Part shown: one piece after another, positions 31,834 to 46,472 of the stretch
How positions within the stretch are numbered: position 1 is the first letter of the stretch
Layout of the letters: each line of letters opens with the position of its first letter
Source: Basidiobolus meristosporus CBS 931.73
Taxonomy: Eukaryota > Fungi > Basidiobolomycota
DNA length: 64,000 bases
Direction: 5' to 3'
Assembly (NCBI GenBank): GCA_002104905.1
Contig: MCFE01000034.1
Span: forward strand, 150,712-214,711
The notes under the pieces: generated by a model
Told to the model about the DNA's origin: nothing
What the model saw: the letters and a program-made list of their open reading frames with translations, nothing else
The model's database searches: none
Made by a program: the position numbers and the translations under genes

Positions 31834-34800
31834 TCATTTCTTGGCTTGCTTCTGCTTTTCCCTCTCCTCCTCTCGTAGCTTCTTCTTGTCTGCTTTTTCG
31901 GCCAACTTGGCTGCCTTCGCCTCCGCCTTCTGCTTCTTCTTTTCCGCACGCTCGGCCATGGCTGCCTCGTACTCGAGACGCTTCTTCTTGTTGACCTTGG
32001 CATGAGCTGCAGATATATCTGCCGGCTTTTTGTCTCCAGAACCCCCGATCTTCGCCACAGGTGGGTAACGAGGTTTAAACGGATTCCGCAATTTAGCAGA
32101 AAGGAATTCATCCTAAACCAATTGGGTTAGTGAACAGTGTAATGGAGATTTAAGCTCGGGCCTCCTTTACCTCTACAAAGTCCCCACTGTTCTCGTCCAG
32201 TTTCTTCGCGTAATAAGTGCGAAGTAAGCCGATGACTCCCTCAGAGCTCTTGATCGGGGAGAACGCAGGTGGCGGTGGATACGGCACGTCGGCTGGAAGA
32301 AGGATTAGTTAGCATACAGGATATGCGTTGGCTCGGCTCAGCTCCAACTTACATATGGGTGCACTAGGATCATAACGAAAGTTAGTTTGACACAGTCGGT
32401 GGGTTGACCAAGCAGACACACTTACCTCGTGGATTGGCTGGGGATATTTCTGTTTTGCTTCTGGCCGTACCATAACTTCGTAGGAACCTACGCGCAAAAG
32501 GTCAAACTACGCATCACTCCAACTGATCTATCCATAACTTACAGAGAGTGTATTGATGTTGAACTCCTTGTCCAAACCAAGCTCCTTGAAACCAAAGAAG
32601 TCTTCTCCGATCTCCTCGCCAAAGCCACCGCTGTAACAAGAGCTCGGTCAGCAAACATTCCGGACGGGGCTGTGACCCGAAATACCTTGCAAAAACGTCC
32701 TCGTTGTCGAATATATGTTCGTCGAGAGTTGGATCGCCATCCGTGTTATTCTGGATAGGATTTTAGTGGGAATTCATGAAGATCCAACAACAATCCTCGT
32801 TACCGTCAAGATGTCCTGATAGCTTGCTTCTAGACGACGGTGTAGATCGTTCAGACGACCGTTGTATCTGAATACTTCATCTCGTACATATCCCTCCAAA
32901 ACATCAACACTCCGTATGCCGTTCTCGTACAATGAATGCAGTAGTATTTCCTGAAGCGCTGCACATTAGATGACCAGTAACAAACGCCTGCAATACGATC
33001 CAAACAATACCTCCGCACTCATCTCATGATCATATCGGTCCATGTATGAACGTAACGTCTTCCCGAGGTTAAGAAAAATTCGATCACGACATCAGTAAGT
33101 AAGGCCAGGGCGATCGGTTGGGCAGCTATCATTATATTACAGGGTTAAGCTCACCAACTACAGACAACTCTGTCGACTGATACTTTGTGCTAACCTTCGA
33201 ACCCAGCATGCGCCAGTAATTTCGTCGAAGCTCTCTCTAGCATCGTGTTCCCTATTTCTTGACTCATTAAAAGAGGTGGAAGACCAGCAACCTTAGGCGG
33301 AGGTGAATCCTCTTTGTCAACCTCTTCGTCTTTTTGAGCCTCGGAGGCGCGAGGATCGATCTAATGAGTAGTCGACAATGTCATGCTTAGTAGTGCTCTC
33401 GAGGACAAAGTGCCAATGAAACCTCACTCACAGGCATGTTCATCTTCGCATTCATAATCTTGGTGTGGATGACTCGGATCTTTTTAAGCTCTTCGATATT
33501 CATATCTACCATGCCGGACACACCCTCTTTGGAGAACCGTCCCTCGGGATAGAGAGATAGATCTGGTGCATCTTTGACGTCGGTGGTCTCTTCTTCGAAC
33601 AGTTTGTTTTGGTCGGTGACATCAGGCGTGGGCTGGCAAATATCCGGGAATCCCGATTGCAAATGGTACTCGGGAACAAAAACCTCCTTCACTTTCTTCT
33701 TTGGCTTTGCTTTATGAGTCTTGGCGATGAATTCAAACCGATTCTCTTCCTCTGACTCCTCGGCCGAGCCATCAGACAGAACCAAGGCGCAATCGTGACT
33801 TGAGAGCGATTGTTCGTAATGTTTCATCGCCTGAGGCGTACGTATTAGAGCGCGTTGCTCAGCAAATGAACGGGCTTGTTCCTTTTCTCGGTATTCTACA
33901 GTTTCGGCGCGCAGCTTACGAGTTAATGCTCGCCAACTACTGAGCTGAGGCTCTTCGAAAACTTTGACAACCTTCGGTTTCTCAGCAATAGTCTCTGGAG
34001 AGATGTTCTCCTCATTTTGGCCGTTGTTTTCTGTAGGCCCCGAGACGGCTTCACATTCATTTGTAGCTGGTGGAAGATGGCTGGTATTGTCTGGTTGACT
34101 GTCGTTTTGATCATCTTTGACTGTCTGCTCTTCAGGTTTTGGCTGGTTCTCAGCATCTTTCTTTCGTAGCTCTTCGTTTTGCGCGTTTTCAGCATCCACC
34201 TCAGCTTTGTCCCGGATTACGATGTCTGGAACATTCGCCAGAAGCGTGCTGGTCTTCTTTTTCATCGCATAAGCATGCTTACGATAGATACTAGCAGGGT
34301 CAGTGTTGTAAGCCAGGCAATTGGAATAGATCAGGTATAGGTCAGTGGCGAATTCGGCCTTGCTTTTATATTGAAAGGTTTTAAGCTTCTTTCCCACGGT
34401 TCCTAGATCCATTGGGTGCTTGACAATGTCGAAATAATCGGGTGCCTCCCGCTTACTGACTTTGTTCAGAAATGGGAGGGAATGCTCGGTGTAGTTCCTC
34501 AGTTCGTTGACTATCTTCTCACACCACTCGTACAGCTCCTCCTGCCCTACTTTGTCATCACTAGCCCATTTCGACCGATGCGGTCGCACATCGGTTAGTA
34601 GACTCTTGATTTCGTGATCTGTGAGAGAAGTCATGCCTCTTTTGGAGCTTATGGCAGTCAAAAGATGCTATCAGGTGGTAGGCTGATTAATTGATGTAAC
34701 TGAAACATCCCAAAGGATAAGCGAATCTACCTTCATCCCGCTGTTTATGTTAAGTAGCGAATTTTTGACATCCTCCTTGTCTTGTTCTGCCGTTTGTGTA

Positions 34801-35731
34801 GGTTGGGCCTCGACCGGCTCTGTATTCTTGTTTTCCTGCTCTTCTTCGGCCTTTAGCTTTTCCTGTGATGCAAGCAATGAGCGACTAACAAACGATAAAC
34901 TTATGGGCATGCCACGTTAGTAACCTCAATGAGCTGCTGCTCCGCTATATCTGCTTTGTCGTATTCCACTGTATAATAAACCGAATTCACTGGGTATTCA
35001 TCGTCCTTCTTCCGCTCGTAGCTTGCTGAGGATAGCAATATGCATGCAAAAATTAGTGCGGTAGATAGAAGACAGACACTAGTTGAGATAGTAGGACATA
35101 CGCATTTCTAATTTGGCTCCGGGAGCGGTGTTATGCGCGGTAGCATCTTGGGTTCCAGAAATTGGTGCCTCCACCTCTTCTTCTTCCTCTTCCTCATCGT
35201 AGTCCTCTTCAATCACTCTTCGTTTCTTTGTGGGGACACTTTCACCGTGACACCCGTTAGTACTGACGATTTTTGAGATGGGTTCAGGTGTGATTTCGTT
35301 AAGTTCGATCAAGGGGAATGAACAGCAGTTGTGTTTTCGTGAAAGATTCTCTGAATATAACTGCTCGTACAACATGGCTCTCGTACGAAATGCCGCGACA
35401 CACTTAACGCTGTAAGGGGTTTTCTCTTGTTCGGCCGGTCCATCTGTATTTGAAGGGTCGTGTGGGGAAATTGTGGATGGTCGTCGGGTTCGGAGGATAT
35501 CACGTCGAACTTTTGGGTCATAAAGGATTCTTGGAAGTGGTCGCCCGCAGGTTTTGGTTCGAACTCGACGGCAAAGAATTTCTTCCAGGTGCTCCGATCT
35601 TGAAGGGCCTCCTTGAAAAACACATACTCCACCTCGGTGAGGTAAAACTGGACCTCATTATTGCTGTCTATCTGTTTTGCAACTTCATAACTTATCTCCA
35701 AAAAAGACCGAGGAAAACTGGCGAACACCAT
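31834..35731 (-). CDS. SPT7: SAGA complex subunit Spt7 (bromodomain plus histone fold), multi-exon, apparent frameshifts at ~35396 and ~33070
   Basis: [20 protein letters not shown]; [29 protein letters not shown]; [10 protein letters not shown]; later [18 protein letters not shown] and [15 protein letters not shown]. Confidence 0.9.
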
Positions 35732-36897
35732 GGTTCTCCCCTTAGCTCATTCCAAGGTTGAGGAAGTATCAAACACCACTGAACTTGAGTTCGCGAGTCA
35801 CTTCGCTACACACGTGATGGGAAATTAAAAAACTCACCATCACTAAATTCGCCCAGAATTTTTCGCTAGACAATGATCGAATTGCCCAACATATCCATCC
35901 CATCTCCATCAGTCGTTTGGATGCACGCCTAATCAGCAAACTCTTCCAATTTATACGAGTAGTTGTGAATTGTGGTTAATCGTATATTTAGTCAGATGCC
36001 ATGACGACTTCAGATCTTGAAATAAACTCGCATCACAGATTGAATACAGTGACAATTTTTGGTACCAGGTCTGACGCAATCAGACCATTTCTGTGTCCAT
36101 ATAATCCAATGACGTTTGCTGGGCCCAACTACATTGCGGTGGAACGGGTTATTGGGACCTTAATGAATTGTTTGTGGTTTACTTGAACTGATACATTGAA
36201 CAATCCAAAGGGTTGGTTTCAAGGGATAAGATGTCAAATATGACACATTTAAGCTCCTTCTATGCCAGGTGCTCATATTATGCTATCAGATTTGCTAGCA
36301 TGATTTGGTCTAAGATGCTGAGGAGACTCCGCCCGAGGGAGAGCCTCCTTGTCAATGTATTGTATGATGAAGAATGAGGCAATCTAGGGGCATCATCCGA
36401 TTCCATTGACCCATTCATAGCTTACTAATGCTTACAATGAGCCATGTCGTGAGCTTGGGTCAACCAACATTCATGCCTACACGCACTGGTGTAACTCCCC
36501 TGGATGTGGTGAAAACTATGTCCACGTCCATGTCCATTACGTGGTTGCCTTGGTGGTATCTCAAGCTCATTTGCTATTCTGATTAATGCGAAGAGATACG
36601 GCAGGAATCACGCGATTGTTCACATTGAATGATGTCTTACCTCTTTGGTTTTCGCAGCAGTTATTACTTAGGAACCAGATTCATCTGACTCCCAGTAATA
36701 TAAGTCCCATGACTTAGTTCATGGCCCAATCGGGGCATCACTCTATTATCGCATAGCCCCTCAAATACGCAGTATAAAACGCTGGTTATTTCATCTCAGA
36801 CTTTCAGATCACAGCTCATTTCTAGCCACACTCATCATCCTTTTCGTCCTCTTTACGCTCCACCGAAAATTTTCCTGCCCAAACCAATCTAACCAAA

Positions 36898-38163
36898 ATG
36901 CACTTGAATTTCAAAGTAATCTTCGTTACCCTCTGCGCTACTGCGTCCACCTTCGCCTTCTACATTGAACAGCCTGCTGCTCCAATCATCAGCTCCCTGG
37001 ATGCTGAGGTGATTCCAAACTCCTACATTGTTGTCCTCAAGAGCGGCTCCCGCAATTCTCTTCTCAGCCATCAGGCCTGGTTGACCTCCATGCTTCAAAT
37101 CTCTAATGCTGACTCCCAAGCTGAAGCCAATCAAATTAAACATATCTATGATGCTGATGGATTCCGAGGCTACTCTGGACGCTTCCACGAAGATGTCATT
37201 GAGCGCATTAGAGAAATGGACGATGTTGCCTATATCGAGGCCGACTCCATGGTCTATGCCTCGGAGCTACAAAAGAACGCACCTTGGGGTCTTTCTAGAA
37301 TCTCTCACCGTGAGGCTCTATCATTCAAGACTTTCAACAAGTACCTTTACAACGCCGATGGTGGTGAAGGCGTCACTGCCTACATCGTAGATACTGGTGT
37401 CAACGTCAGTCACGATGATTTCGAGGGCAGAGCTACCTGGGGTGCCACAATCCCCGAAAACGATGAAGACAAGGATGGAAATGGTCATGGTACTCATTGT
37501 GCTGGTACCGTTGCTGGCAAGCAATATGGTGTCGCCAAGAAGGCCAAGGTCGTTGCTGTGAAGGTTCTTCGTTCTAATGGATCTGGAACCATGTCTGATG
37601 TTATCAAAGGAGTCTCCTGGGTTGGAACTGCCCATGAACAAGCTGTATTCGAGGCTCTTCGTGCTGGCAAGAAGCACAAGGGTAGTGTAGCCAATATGAG
37701 TCTTGGTGGCGGCAAAAGTGTTGCTTTGAATGAGGTCGTCAATGCTGTGGTTAAGAAGGGAGTTCATTTTGCCGTTGCTGCTGGTAACGACAACAGAGAT
37801 GCCTGTGGATACTCACCTGCTTCAGCGGAAGATGCCGTAACTGTTGGTGCTAGTGCCATTAACGATGAAAGAGCCTGGTTCTCCAACCACGGCAAGTGTG
37901 TTGATATTTTCGCCCCCGGAAAGGATATCACCTCCACCTGGATCGGATCCAACATTGCTACCAACACCATCTCTGGAACCTCCATGGCCAGTCCCCACAT
38001 TTGCGGACTTCTCGCATACATGCTTTCCTTCGAGTCCAACAGCACCATTACCCCTAAGGAGTTGAAGGATAAGCTTATCAAAGCTGGCACTCGCGATGTC
38101 TTGCAAAAGTTGCCAGGTGATACTCCCAATATCTTGGCCTACAACAACGCACCCCAAGCGTAA
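36898..38163 (+). CDS. Subtilisin-like S8 serine protease, proteinase B/cerevisin type, with signal peptide and I9 propeptide; intronless
   Basis: IVDTG (Asp), GNGHGTHCAG (His), SGTSMASPH (Ser), APWGLSRISHR and KHKGSVANMSLGGG. Confidence 0.95.
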   Translation: MHLNFKVIFVTLCATASTFAFYIEQPAAPIISSLDAEVIPNSYIVVLKSGSRNSLLSHQAWLTSMLQISNADSQAEANQIKHIYDADGFRGYSGRFHEDVIERIREMDDVAYIEADSMVYASELQKNAPWGLSRISHREALSFKTFNKYLYNADGGEGVTAYIVDTGVNVSHDDFEGRATWGATIPENDEDKDGNGHGTHCAGTVAGKQYGVAKKAKVVAVKVLRSNGSGTMSDVIKGVSWVGTAHEQAVFEALRAGKKHKGSVANMSLGGGKSVALNEVVNAVVKKGVHFAVAAGNDNRDACGYSPASAEDAVTVGASAINDERAWFSNHGKCVDIFAPGKDITSTWIGSNIATNTISGTSMASPHICGLLAYMLSFESNSTITPKELKDKLIKAGTRDVLQKLPGDTPNILAYNNAPQA

Positions 38164-38940
38164 TCTTCGCTGATCCCCCGCCATTATGTACAGAAGTTAC
38201 TTGAGTTGTATCGTTTCTCATTTCGTGGTATTGCTTTATCGAATAGCCATTAATATTCGTTCTTCATAAATCAGACTGTCACACTTTGCTTGTTTCATGA
38301 TATGTTGTATAATGATTAGATTGGACCTGCTTATGCACTCTCCATCAATAAAGCACCAATTGCATCACAACCTCTCGAATCTTGAACACGTAATCCATGT
38401 TGTCTACCGTTTTTAGTGGTCGGATGCTTATCCGCAAGCCTCCTTATTTCTATTGCGAGATCGCATGGACCAGATCATTGGTGTCGGTTAAATGATAAGG
38501 TTTGAGCAACTAGGCCTGTGTGCGCATCGTGATTCGATCATAACACCAGTTCACTGGGGAGCTTATTGCAATAAATGATGGCCGAACACAATGTTCATTT
38601 AGAATCAATGGTTGGTTTTAGGGCTGTGGAGAAGTTGGACCAATCGGTTGATTCTTGAATTGGATCTCAACCGGCCGACTTAACCCTAACAACGGATGAG
38701 TTGATTAAACTTCACCCATCTTTTAACCACCTTCGTGCCCTAGGCACGATGTTTAGGAAATCATCAGGATTCGCATGGGTCGATGAATATCCAAAGAGAT
38801 GTGGAAAAATTCGAGGGTTTTCGGAGTGGTAGCGTTTATCACAAACAAACTCAACTTGCTATCTTTTTTGTTGAGATTCTTGGATTTTAGTTTAACATCA
38901 GCTGGGATTTTCTTTTAACTGGTACTCTGTCACGTCGAAC

Positions 38941-41900
38941 ATGAGTTTAAACACGAACTCTTCAACGAATCAGCCACCGGTCGGTTCCAATGTGCCGCAG
39001 GTACCTTCGATAACACAGGAGCGCCTACGGGCCATTGTGATGGTACGCGTTTTTCTTCAGTTGCTCTGATGAGGGCTGATGATTCCCATTTGAGAAATAT
39101 GCTTCCTTGATCAACATTTGCCTTCGCTAACTCCTATTGTCTAGACAATACAAACGATGAAAGCTCGGGGTGCAACTGAGGAATCCGATCCTGAGTATGC
39201 AAAATTGCTCAATTTTCTTCGAGCCTACAAGAAGCAACAGATTCAACTACAACAACAACAACAACAGCAGCAGCAGCAGCAACAACGGCAACTACAACAT
39301 CAATTACAGCAACCAAGTACCGAAGAATCAGTTGTTCATCCAATGGATAACGACCATCAAGATTCACCCCCTTATGAGGCACCACAGCAACTAGAACTGG
39401 GGCAACTACGACTGCTACAACAACAGCTGGAGCGACAGAGTGTGCAGAATATGAAACAACAAGAAAGTGAACAACTGGCCTTGTTGAAACAGCAAAAGAG
39501 CAAGAAGAGAAGCTACGGCAACAGCTCTCCTTGCAGCAACAACAGCAGCAGCAAGAGCAGAAGTTACTTTTACAGTTACAAAAGCAAAAGGAACTTGAAA
39601 AACGACTAAAAGAGAAACAATTGCAAATACAACAGCAACAGCAACAGCAACAGCAGCAGCAGCAGCTCTCCCAGACAAATTCCCCACTTTCACAATCGCC
39701 TTTGCAAGCTCAGCTACAGCCGCAGTCTTTCCCTCAAACAGAGCAAAGCCCAAAAGCAGCCCAAAGCTCTGCGGAGGCAATTCACAAGCTGCGCCAGTTA
39801 CAGCAATTACAGCAACTGAAACAACAGCTTCAGCTAAAGCAGCTCCAACAGCTTCAACAACAGCAAATAGGTATTTTCCCCTCATAGCTCAGGTTGAATG
39901 CACTTTTATGATCAATCCATCTAATACCAGCCAATAGGTGACGGTCCAAACCCCTCTAGCCCACAGTCGTCTCAGTCTTCGGTTAGACCTCAGCTACAGC
40001 ATGCTGTACTGCAAGCTCAAGCTCCGTACATTAAGCCAGTTTTCACTTCAGAGCAGCTAGCAGCACTAAAGTATCAAGTGTATGCCTATCGATTGCTGTC
40101 CAAGAACCTGTCGCTATCAGAGCATTTGAAGAAGGCTATTTTTGAAAATGTTACCCCACAGGAGGATGAAACCACACCCACGCTTGGTGGTCGAATTGTA
40201 GAGGCGACTTTTCTTTATCATCAAGCTAACCCGAATGCTACATCGAACTCTAATCTCCTTGAGAAGTCCCCTACCCCATCGAAAAACCATTGCAAGGCCC
40301 ATTGAAGGCCTCGACAAGTAGCAACATTCAGGCATCGCGGTATCAGCGACTACTTATATCGAATGCACCCTTGGGTGGATTAGACTCTTCATCGCTATTC
40401 GTTGAACGGGAGGCACGAGTCAATAGAAGAATTCAACGGCGGCTCCTGCATTTAGAGGAGTATGTTGGCAAGCTAAAGCAGCCTGGTTCCATCGAAAACG
40501 GCACATCCTTGAAAGCGTTGATACAACTCAAGTCTATGAAACTGCTCAAAGAGCAACAGCAACTTAGAGAAGAGATGGTCCGTGGGATGAAAAAAGCTGT
40601 CACCATGTCTTCTTCTGCCGATAGAGCGGCACTAAGGAAAATGAAGAAACAGTCACTGCGGGATGCACGTATAGCTGAGAGATTAGAAAAGCAACAGAAG
40701 GCGGAATTTGAGCGACGAGAGAAGCAGCGACATCTGGATTATCTACAGGGAATCGTTGCGCATGGTAGAGACTTGATGCAGTGGCATCGTACCATCCAAG
40801 GCAAGCAGTCTAAGCTGGGGAGAGCCGTTGTACAATTCCATGCGCAGATCGAGAGAGAGGAAATGAAGAGGATTGAGCGGGTGTCAAAAGAGCGTCTTCG
40901 TGCGTTAAAGGCTGATGACGAGGAAGCATATTTGAAGTTAATCGACCAAACTAAAGACACACGTATCACGCATCTACTTCAACAAACGGACATTTACCTA
41001 GACAGCCTGTCAAAGGCAGTCAGATCGCAGCAGACAGACGCCCTACATCATGATCCCGACACGCACGGAGAAGTTGAGTTGATGAACGAGTATCCTGACG
41101 ACGAAGACGAAAGGGATTCTGATGATAGAAAACTGGACTATTATATGATTGCGCATCGAATCAAGGAGGTTGTTGAGCAACCGAAAATCCTAATTGGCGG
41201 TAAACTCAAGGAGTACCAGATTAAAGGCTTGCAGTGGATGGTTTCGTTGTACAACAACCGACTCAACGGAATCCTGGCTGATGAGATGGGACTGGGAAAG
41301 ACGATCCAGACGCTCTCGCTTGTAACATATCTCATCGAGAAGAAGCACCAAAATGGTCCATTCTTGATCATCGTGCCACTATCGACCTTGACCAACTGGA
41401 ATCTGGAATTTGAAAAATGGGCGCCTGCAGTGGTGAAGGTTGTATACAAAGGGCCTCCACAGGAGCGAAAGGAATTGCAACAGTCGTTCATCAAGCACGA
41501 GAATTTCCAAGTCCTGTTGACTACCTTCGAGTATGTAATTAAAGACAAAAATATTCTGGGAAAAATCAAATGGGTTCATATGATCATTGACGAAGGGCAT
41601 CGAATGAAAAATGTCAATTCCAAGTTGACTTCAACGCTGAACCAATACTACTCCACCCGGTACCGCCTAATTCTGACCGGTACACCGCTGCAGAACAATC
41701 TTCCGGAGCTTTGGGCCTTGCTAAATTTTGTATTACCGAAGGTGTTCAACTCGGTCAAAAGCTTCGACGAATGGTTCAACACGCCGTTTGCCAACACCGG
41801 TGGGCAAGACAAAATCGAAATCAATGAGGAGGAATCGTTGCTGATCATTCGACGTTTGCACAAGGTTTTGCGACCATTCTTATTGAGAAGATTGAAGAAA

Positions 41901-44023
41901 GACGTGGAGTCCGAGTTACCGGACAAGGTGGAGAAGGTGATCAAATGTAAGTTCTCTGCACTTCAGTCGAAGCTGTATAACCAGATGCGTAAGCACGGTA
42001 TGCTCTTCACTACTGGGGGTGAGAAAGGAACCACCGGGATCAAGGGGCTTAACAACACCATCATGCAACTTCGAAAAATATGCAACCATCCGTTTGTTTT
42101 TGAAGAAGTCGAAAGGGTGATCAATCCCTCTAAACTCACCAATGATTCCCTCTTCAGAGTCTCGGGGAAATTCGAGCTTTTGGATCGAATCTTACCGAAG
42201 TTTGCGAAGACCGGGCATCGGGTGCTCATGTTTTTCCAGATGACGACTGTTATGAGCATTATGGAGGATTTCTTGCTCTACCGTGGGTTCACATACTTGC
42301 GCCTAGACGGCACAGTGAAGGCTGACGACAGAACCTCACTTTTAAAGAAGTTCAATGCGCCAGATTCGCCGTACCAAATCTTTTTATTGAGTACTCGTGC
42401 CGGTGGCCTGGGGCTCAATCTTCAAACTGCAGACACAGTAATCATCTTCGATTCGGACTGGAATCCCCATCAAGATCTTCAGGCCCAAGATCGAGCACAT
42501 CGTATCGGCCAGACCAAAGAAGTGCGAATTTTACGCTTGGTCTCTGAGAACTCGGTTGAGGAGACAATCCTGGCTCGTGCGCAGTATAAACTTGACATTG
42601 ATGGAAAAGTGATTCAGGCCGGTAAATTCGACAACAAAAGTACTGCTGAAGAGCGTGAGGCTTTTCTGCGAGCTTTACTCGAGGTGGACCATGACAACGA
42701 TAGTGATTTCGAGGACGATAATAACGACGACGACCTGAATGAGATTATTGCCAGGAATGACGAAGAGTTGGTCATTTTCAAGGATATGGACCTGGAACGG
42801 CAGCGACTTGCTGAGGAGAGATGGATCAATGACGGTAGACGTGGTAAGAAGCCTGAGCGCCTCATGCAGGATTATGAATTGCCAGAAGTTTACCGGATGG
42901 AGCACAGCTTGAAAACCGAAGAGGATATTGAGTTCATGGGGCGTGGCCAGCGATTGAAGGGTGATGTGCGCTATGATGACGGCTTAACCGAGGAGCAATG
43001 GATCCATGCACTAGAGAATGAAAACGTCGACGTAAACGACGTCATCCGTGACAAACTAGAGCGCCGACAGAGACGAGAGGAAAAGAGGCTCAAAGCAGAA
43101 GAATCCAGCAATGAAGCAGACGAGTCGAATGAGAGTAAACACAGAAAGCGTCCCAGACAAGCCAAAGAGACAAGGGAGACTGATGAGAGCCCAGGCGAAG
43201 TAAGAAAATCAAAAGCACATAGAAGATCTGAGCCGGAGATGCCGGTAAATATGTACAGTAATCACCCAACTCGCTTATATACTCATTTTCATCCGGAATT
43301 GTGTAGAGGAAGAGAAAGAAGTTAGATAAACTGGCAGACAACTCAGCCGACACAGACCAGACTCGTCCTAGTGACAACAAAGGTTTACGACGAATAATGG
43401 AGGATCTCTACACTACGGTGGAGGACTGCACGGACTCTGCCGACGGCGGTCGAAAGCGATCACTGTTGTTTTTGGAGCTTCCCAGCAAGAAAATCTATCC
43501 TCAGTATTACTCCATGATTTCACAGCCTATAGCCATGGGTATTATCAAGAAACGCATGCGAAGCGGGCATTACTCTAATATTCACCAGTTTCGAGATGAC
43601 TTCTATTTAATGTTCAAGAATGCACAGACCTTTAATCAGGAGGGCTCATGGGTTTACACTGATGCTACTATTATGAAGGTGAGCCCGACACATCTTCGGA
43701 TCCAATTATGTCACGTTTGACTTACGCTTTCACCAATATAGGATGCGTTTGACCAGCGGCTACAATATCTATGCCCAAATGAAGGTTCGGTAGACGACAT
43801 CGATTCTGACAGCATTGATGCCTCCACGCCACACACTCAAAATTCTGCAAGTGATCGTCTGGAGGACAAAGGGCGAAAGTTTTCAGGATTTAAAATCCGT
43901 ATCAAGCCACCCAAGGCCCCCGAGGGATATGTGGAGACGAGAAAACGTAAGAAGGAAGCCCGTCACCGAGGGCAGTCCAGTGGCAGTTCTGAAGAGTCGG
44001 AGGTGGGAATTCTAGACGACTAA
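38941..44023 (+). CDS. STH1: SWI/SNF/RSC catalytic ATPase (Snf2/Sth1/Brg1 type: polyQ, QLQ, HSA, ATPase, bromodomain); apparent frameshifts at ~39495 and ~40269
   Basis: EQLAALKYQVYAYRLLSKN (QLQ); LADEMGLGKTIQ; IIDEGHRMK; LTGTPLQN; LSTRAGGLGLNLQ; QAQDRAHRIGQ; bromodomain FLELPSKKIYPQYY...NAQTFN. SNF2 versus STH1 orthology cannot be resolved here. Confidence 0.93.
39236..39875 (+). repeat. CAG/CAA-rich polyglutamine-coding tracts within the SNF2/STH1 N-terminus
   Basis: Runs such as caacaacaacaacaacagcagcagcagcagcaacaa (~39250) and cagcaacagcaacagcaacagcagcagcagcag (~39633). Confidence 0.9.
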
Positions 44024-44306
44024 TGGATCGATGTATGTATTTTAGATGCAGCCATCATAGAACATTACCTACGATGTCGAGAGAAATCTGTGTAAAATCA
44101 GTACTGTATAATTATTTAATATCAACCACTATCCTATCTCTATTTGTATGGCAAGCATGTTTTGACATTCAATTCCCGAAAGCTCCATCGTTGGATAATG
44201 TAACGATATTCTTGGATCATACGTTGGTCGCAATTATGATAGATTATTATGTAATGTTGAATAACGAGAAACAAGGTACCAGCGTTTTTATTGTGATTAA
44301 AAATGT

Positions 44307-45757
44307 CTAATGGCCTAGTTCTTTCACTCGCATTTTATGCGCTTTTGGTCTCATCTCCGCCCACCACTCAGGAACAGGCGCGATGGCACCGACTGTATAT
44401 TTGCTGATCCTATTGCAGTAATCAACCTCACGAGTACGGAATACGTGGAACTTCTTTCCCTTCCACTCGGCCAACTCCTGCTTATAGCTTTGTGTCATCT
44501 CTTCTACGGAAGGCAGTTTTACCTTACGAGAGAGTACTTTGGATATCCAAGTGGCTTGGTATTGGAATAGCGGGAACGGTGCGATCTTATTAGGAAGACC
44601 AACGAAGGCAAGAGTGGGATTAGGAATGTAGAAGACTTGTTCGTAAATGTTATGGACCGAAAACCCATTGCTGAGGATTTTCGCATTTTCGGGTCCTCGT
44701 TGGCTTAAGAAAGGAAAGGAGTAGAGGTATCCAGTGGCAAATATGATCAGGTCTGGGATGGAATCAAGTGTGGTGCCATCGTCGAAGTAAATTGAATCGG
44801 TTTCATTATCGAATTTCGTGATTTTGCCTACTATTCTTAATTTGTTGGAATCCACACCGTTGCCATCACTAGTATCTACCGGCCGACCCTTGCCAGTGAT
44901 CGACTGATATACTAGCTTGGCATGAAATGAAACCTCACGAGCAATTTCCAATGCGGAATAACCACCACCGATGACCAGAACTGACTAGAGCAAAATTAAC
45001 GATTCACTTTCAGAATTAATCGTGAGAAATATACTTGAAATTGGTCACCGACTTTCCCTTGGTAATTATCTGGTTTCCTGTATTGTCTTGAATGTATCAC
45101 TCGGCCAGGTGTTTTGCTGATGAGGTCACTCAAACCAGGTACGTCAGGCAAGTATGGAACGGTGTAATGTCCGTTGCAAACTATTACTGCATCGAAGTCC
45201 TCTACGTTCTTGTTTCCATCCTGCTGTGTGTAGACACATGTCCACTTATCTTCACTCCAGCTGACATCCAAAACCTCCGTATTAAATTTGATGGATGGCA
45301 AAATCCCCTGTTGCTCAGCAAAATCGCGCAAATACTGTGAAACCACACTGTGAGCGGGGAATAGAGGGGTTCCCTCGGGAAAGGGGAAGTCTTTAAAGGC
45401 CATCACTGGGATCGGTATATTGGTTTGAAGTGATTCATATATACCGCCTTTATGCAATATTTTCGAGTTCTCGCCAAGTGGCTGGGTGCTCGGTAAGTGC
45501 ACGGAAGCGTTCTCGGCGTCCTCATAATTCCTAAACACACAGAATGTTCATAAGAGTTAGAAGTCTTGTGTGTTGTGTGGTAAGTGTAGAGTAGCTCTAT
45601 ATAAGGCTGCTGCTTACCAAGTACCGCCGACCACCCAGGCTTTCTCAAAAATCGTTACTTTCCAACCGTGTTGTTCTTTATTCAAACTTTGCGCTGTTGC
45701 CAAACCTGCAGCACCAGCACCAATAATTGCCACTCGCGTAATTGGCTTTATGGTCAT
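44307..45757 (-). CDS. Flavin-containing monooxygenase (class B FMO)
   Basis: VAIIGAGAAG (FAD), GIYESLQTNIP, FDAVIVCNGHY, VIHSRQYRKP (FMO motif), VLVIGGGYSALEIA (NADPH) and IIFATGY. Confidence 0.93.
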
Positions 45758-46472
45758 TGCATGAAAGAGTAAATGAGAAGGAGAGAGTGTAGAGTGGAAT
45801 TACTGATGGGGTAGTTATATACCAGTTGCCCATGTGTCTCACCCATTATGATATAAAAGGCAGCATTCATCTAATGTATCACCTGAAGTTGATCACTTGC
45901 CAATGAATGGGAATATCTAAATGTTTCCATCAATCCCTTAAGCGCCTAGTTTGAGCGACCATAAAAGAACTAGGAAGTGTTGGGCACTATTTTCACAAAA
46001 TTGAGATTCATCCAGATCGCAAGTGTTTGCTGGTTAAATCTGACTTGGTTTAAACAATCAATAATTTAGTTTCTTGCTGACTCCTCATAATAGTATTACG
46101 TATCAATGTATCTTAGGTCGCCTGATATCAATATAAGAAATCACCAAATTTCAAGTGGAGTCCAAGAGCGGTCACATCAGGGAATGGATGTGGGTTGAAT
46201 ATGTTGCTATTATATATTCGGCACACTTGGGTTGGGAATCATCTAATCACTTTTAACCACATTGAAATAGTCACAGTTATAATAGATGAGGTCTATCATT
46301 GATAACCGAAGACTTGCGTGTGCGTGTTATGTATTACTTTACTTGATAGTGAAGCTTATAAAGATTCAGCTTCGGCTCCTGCTCCCTGTCCTTTCAAGGC
46401 TTTAGGGAATTCACGCTGCTTTATCGAAACTGTGTTTAGAATCTACCACTCTCGAGCACGATATCAATCACC

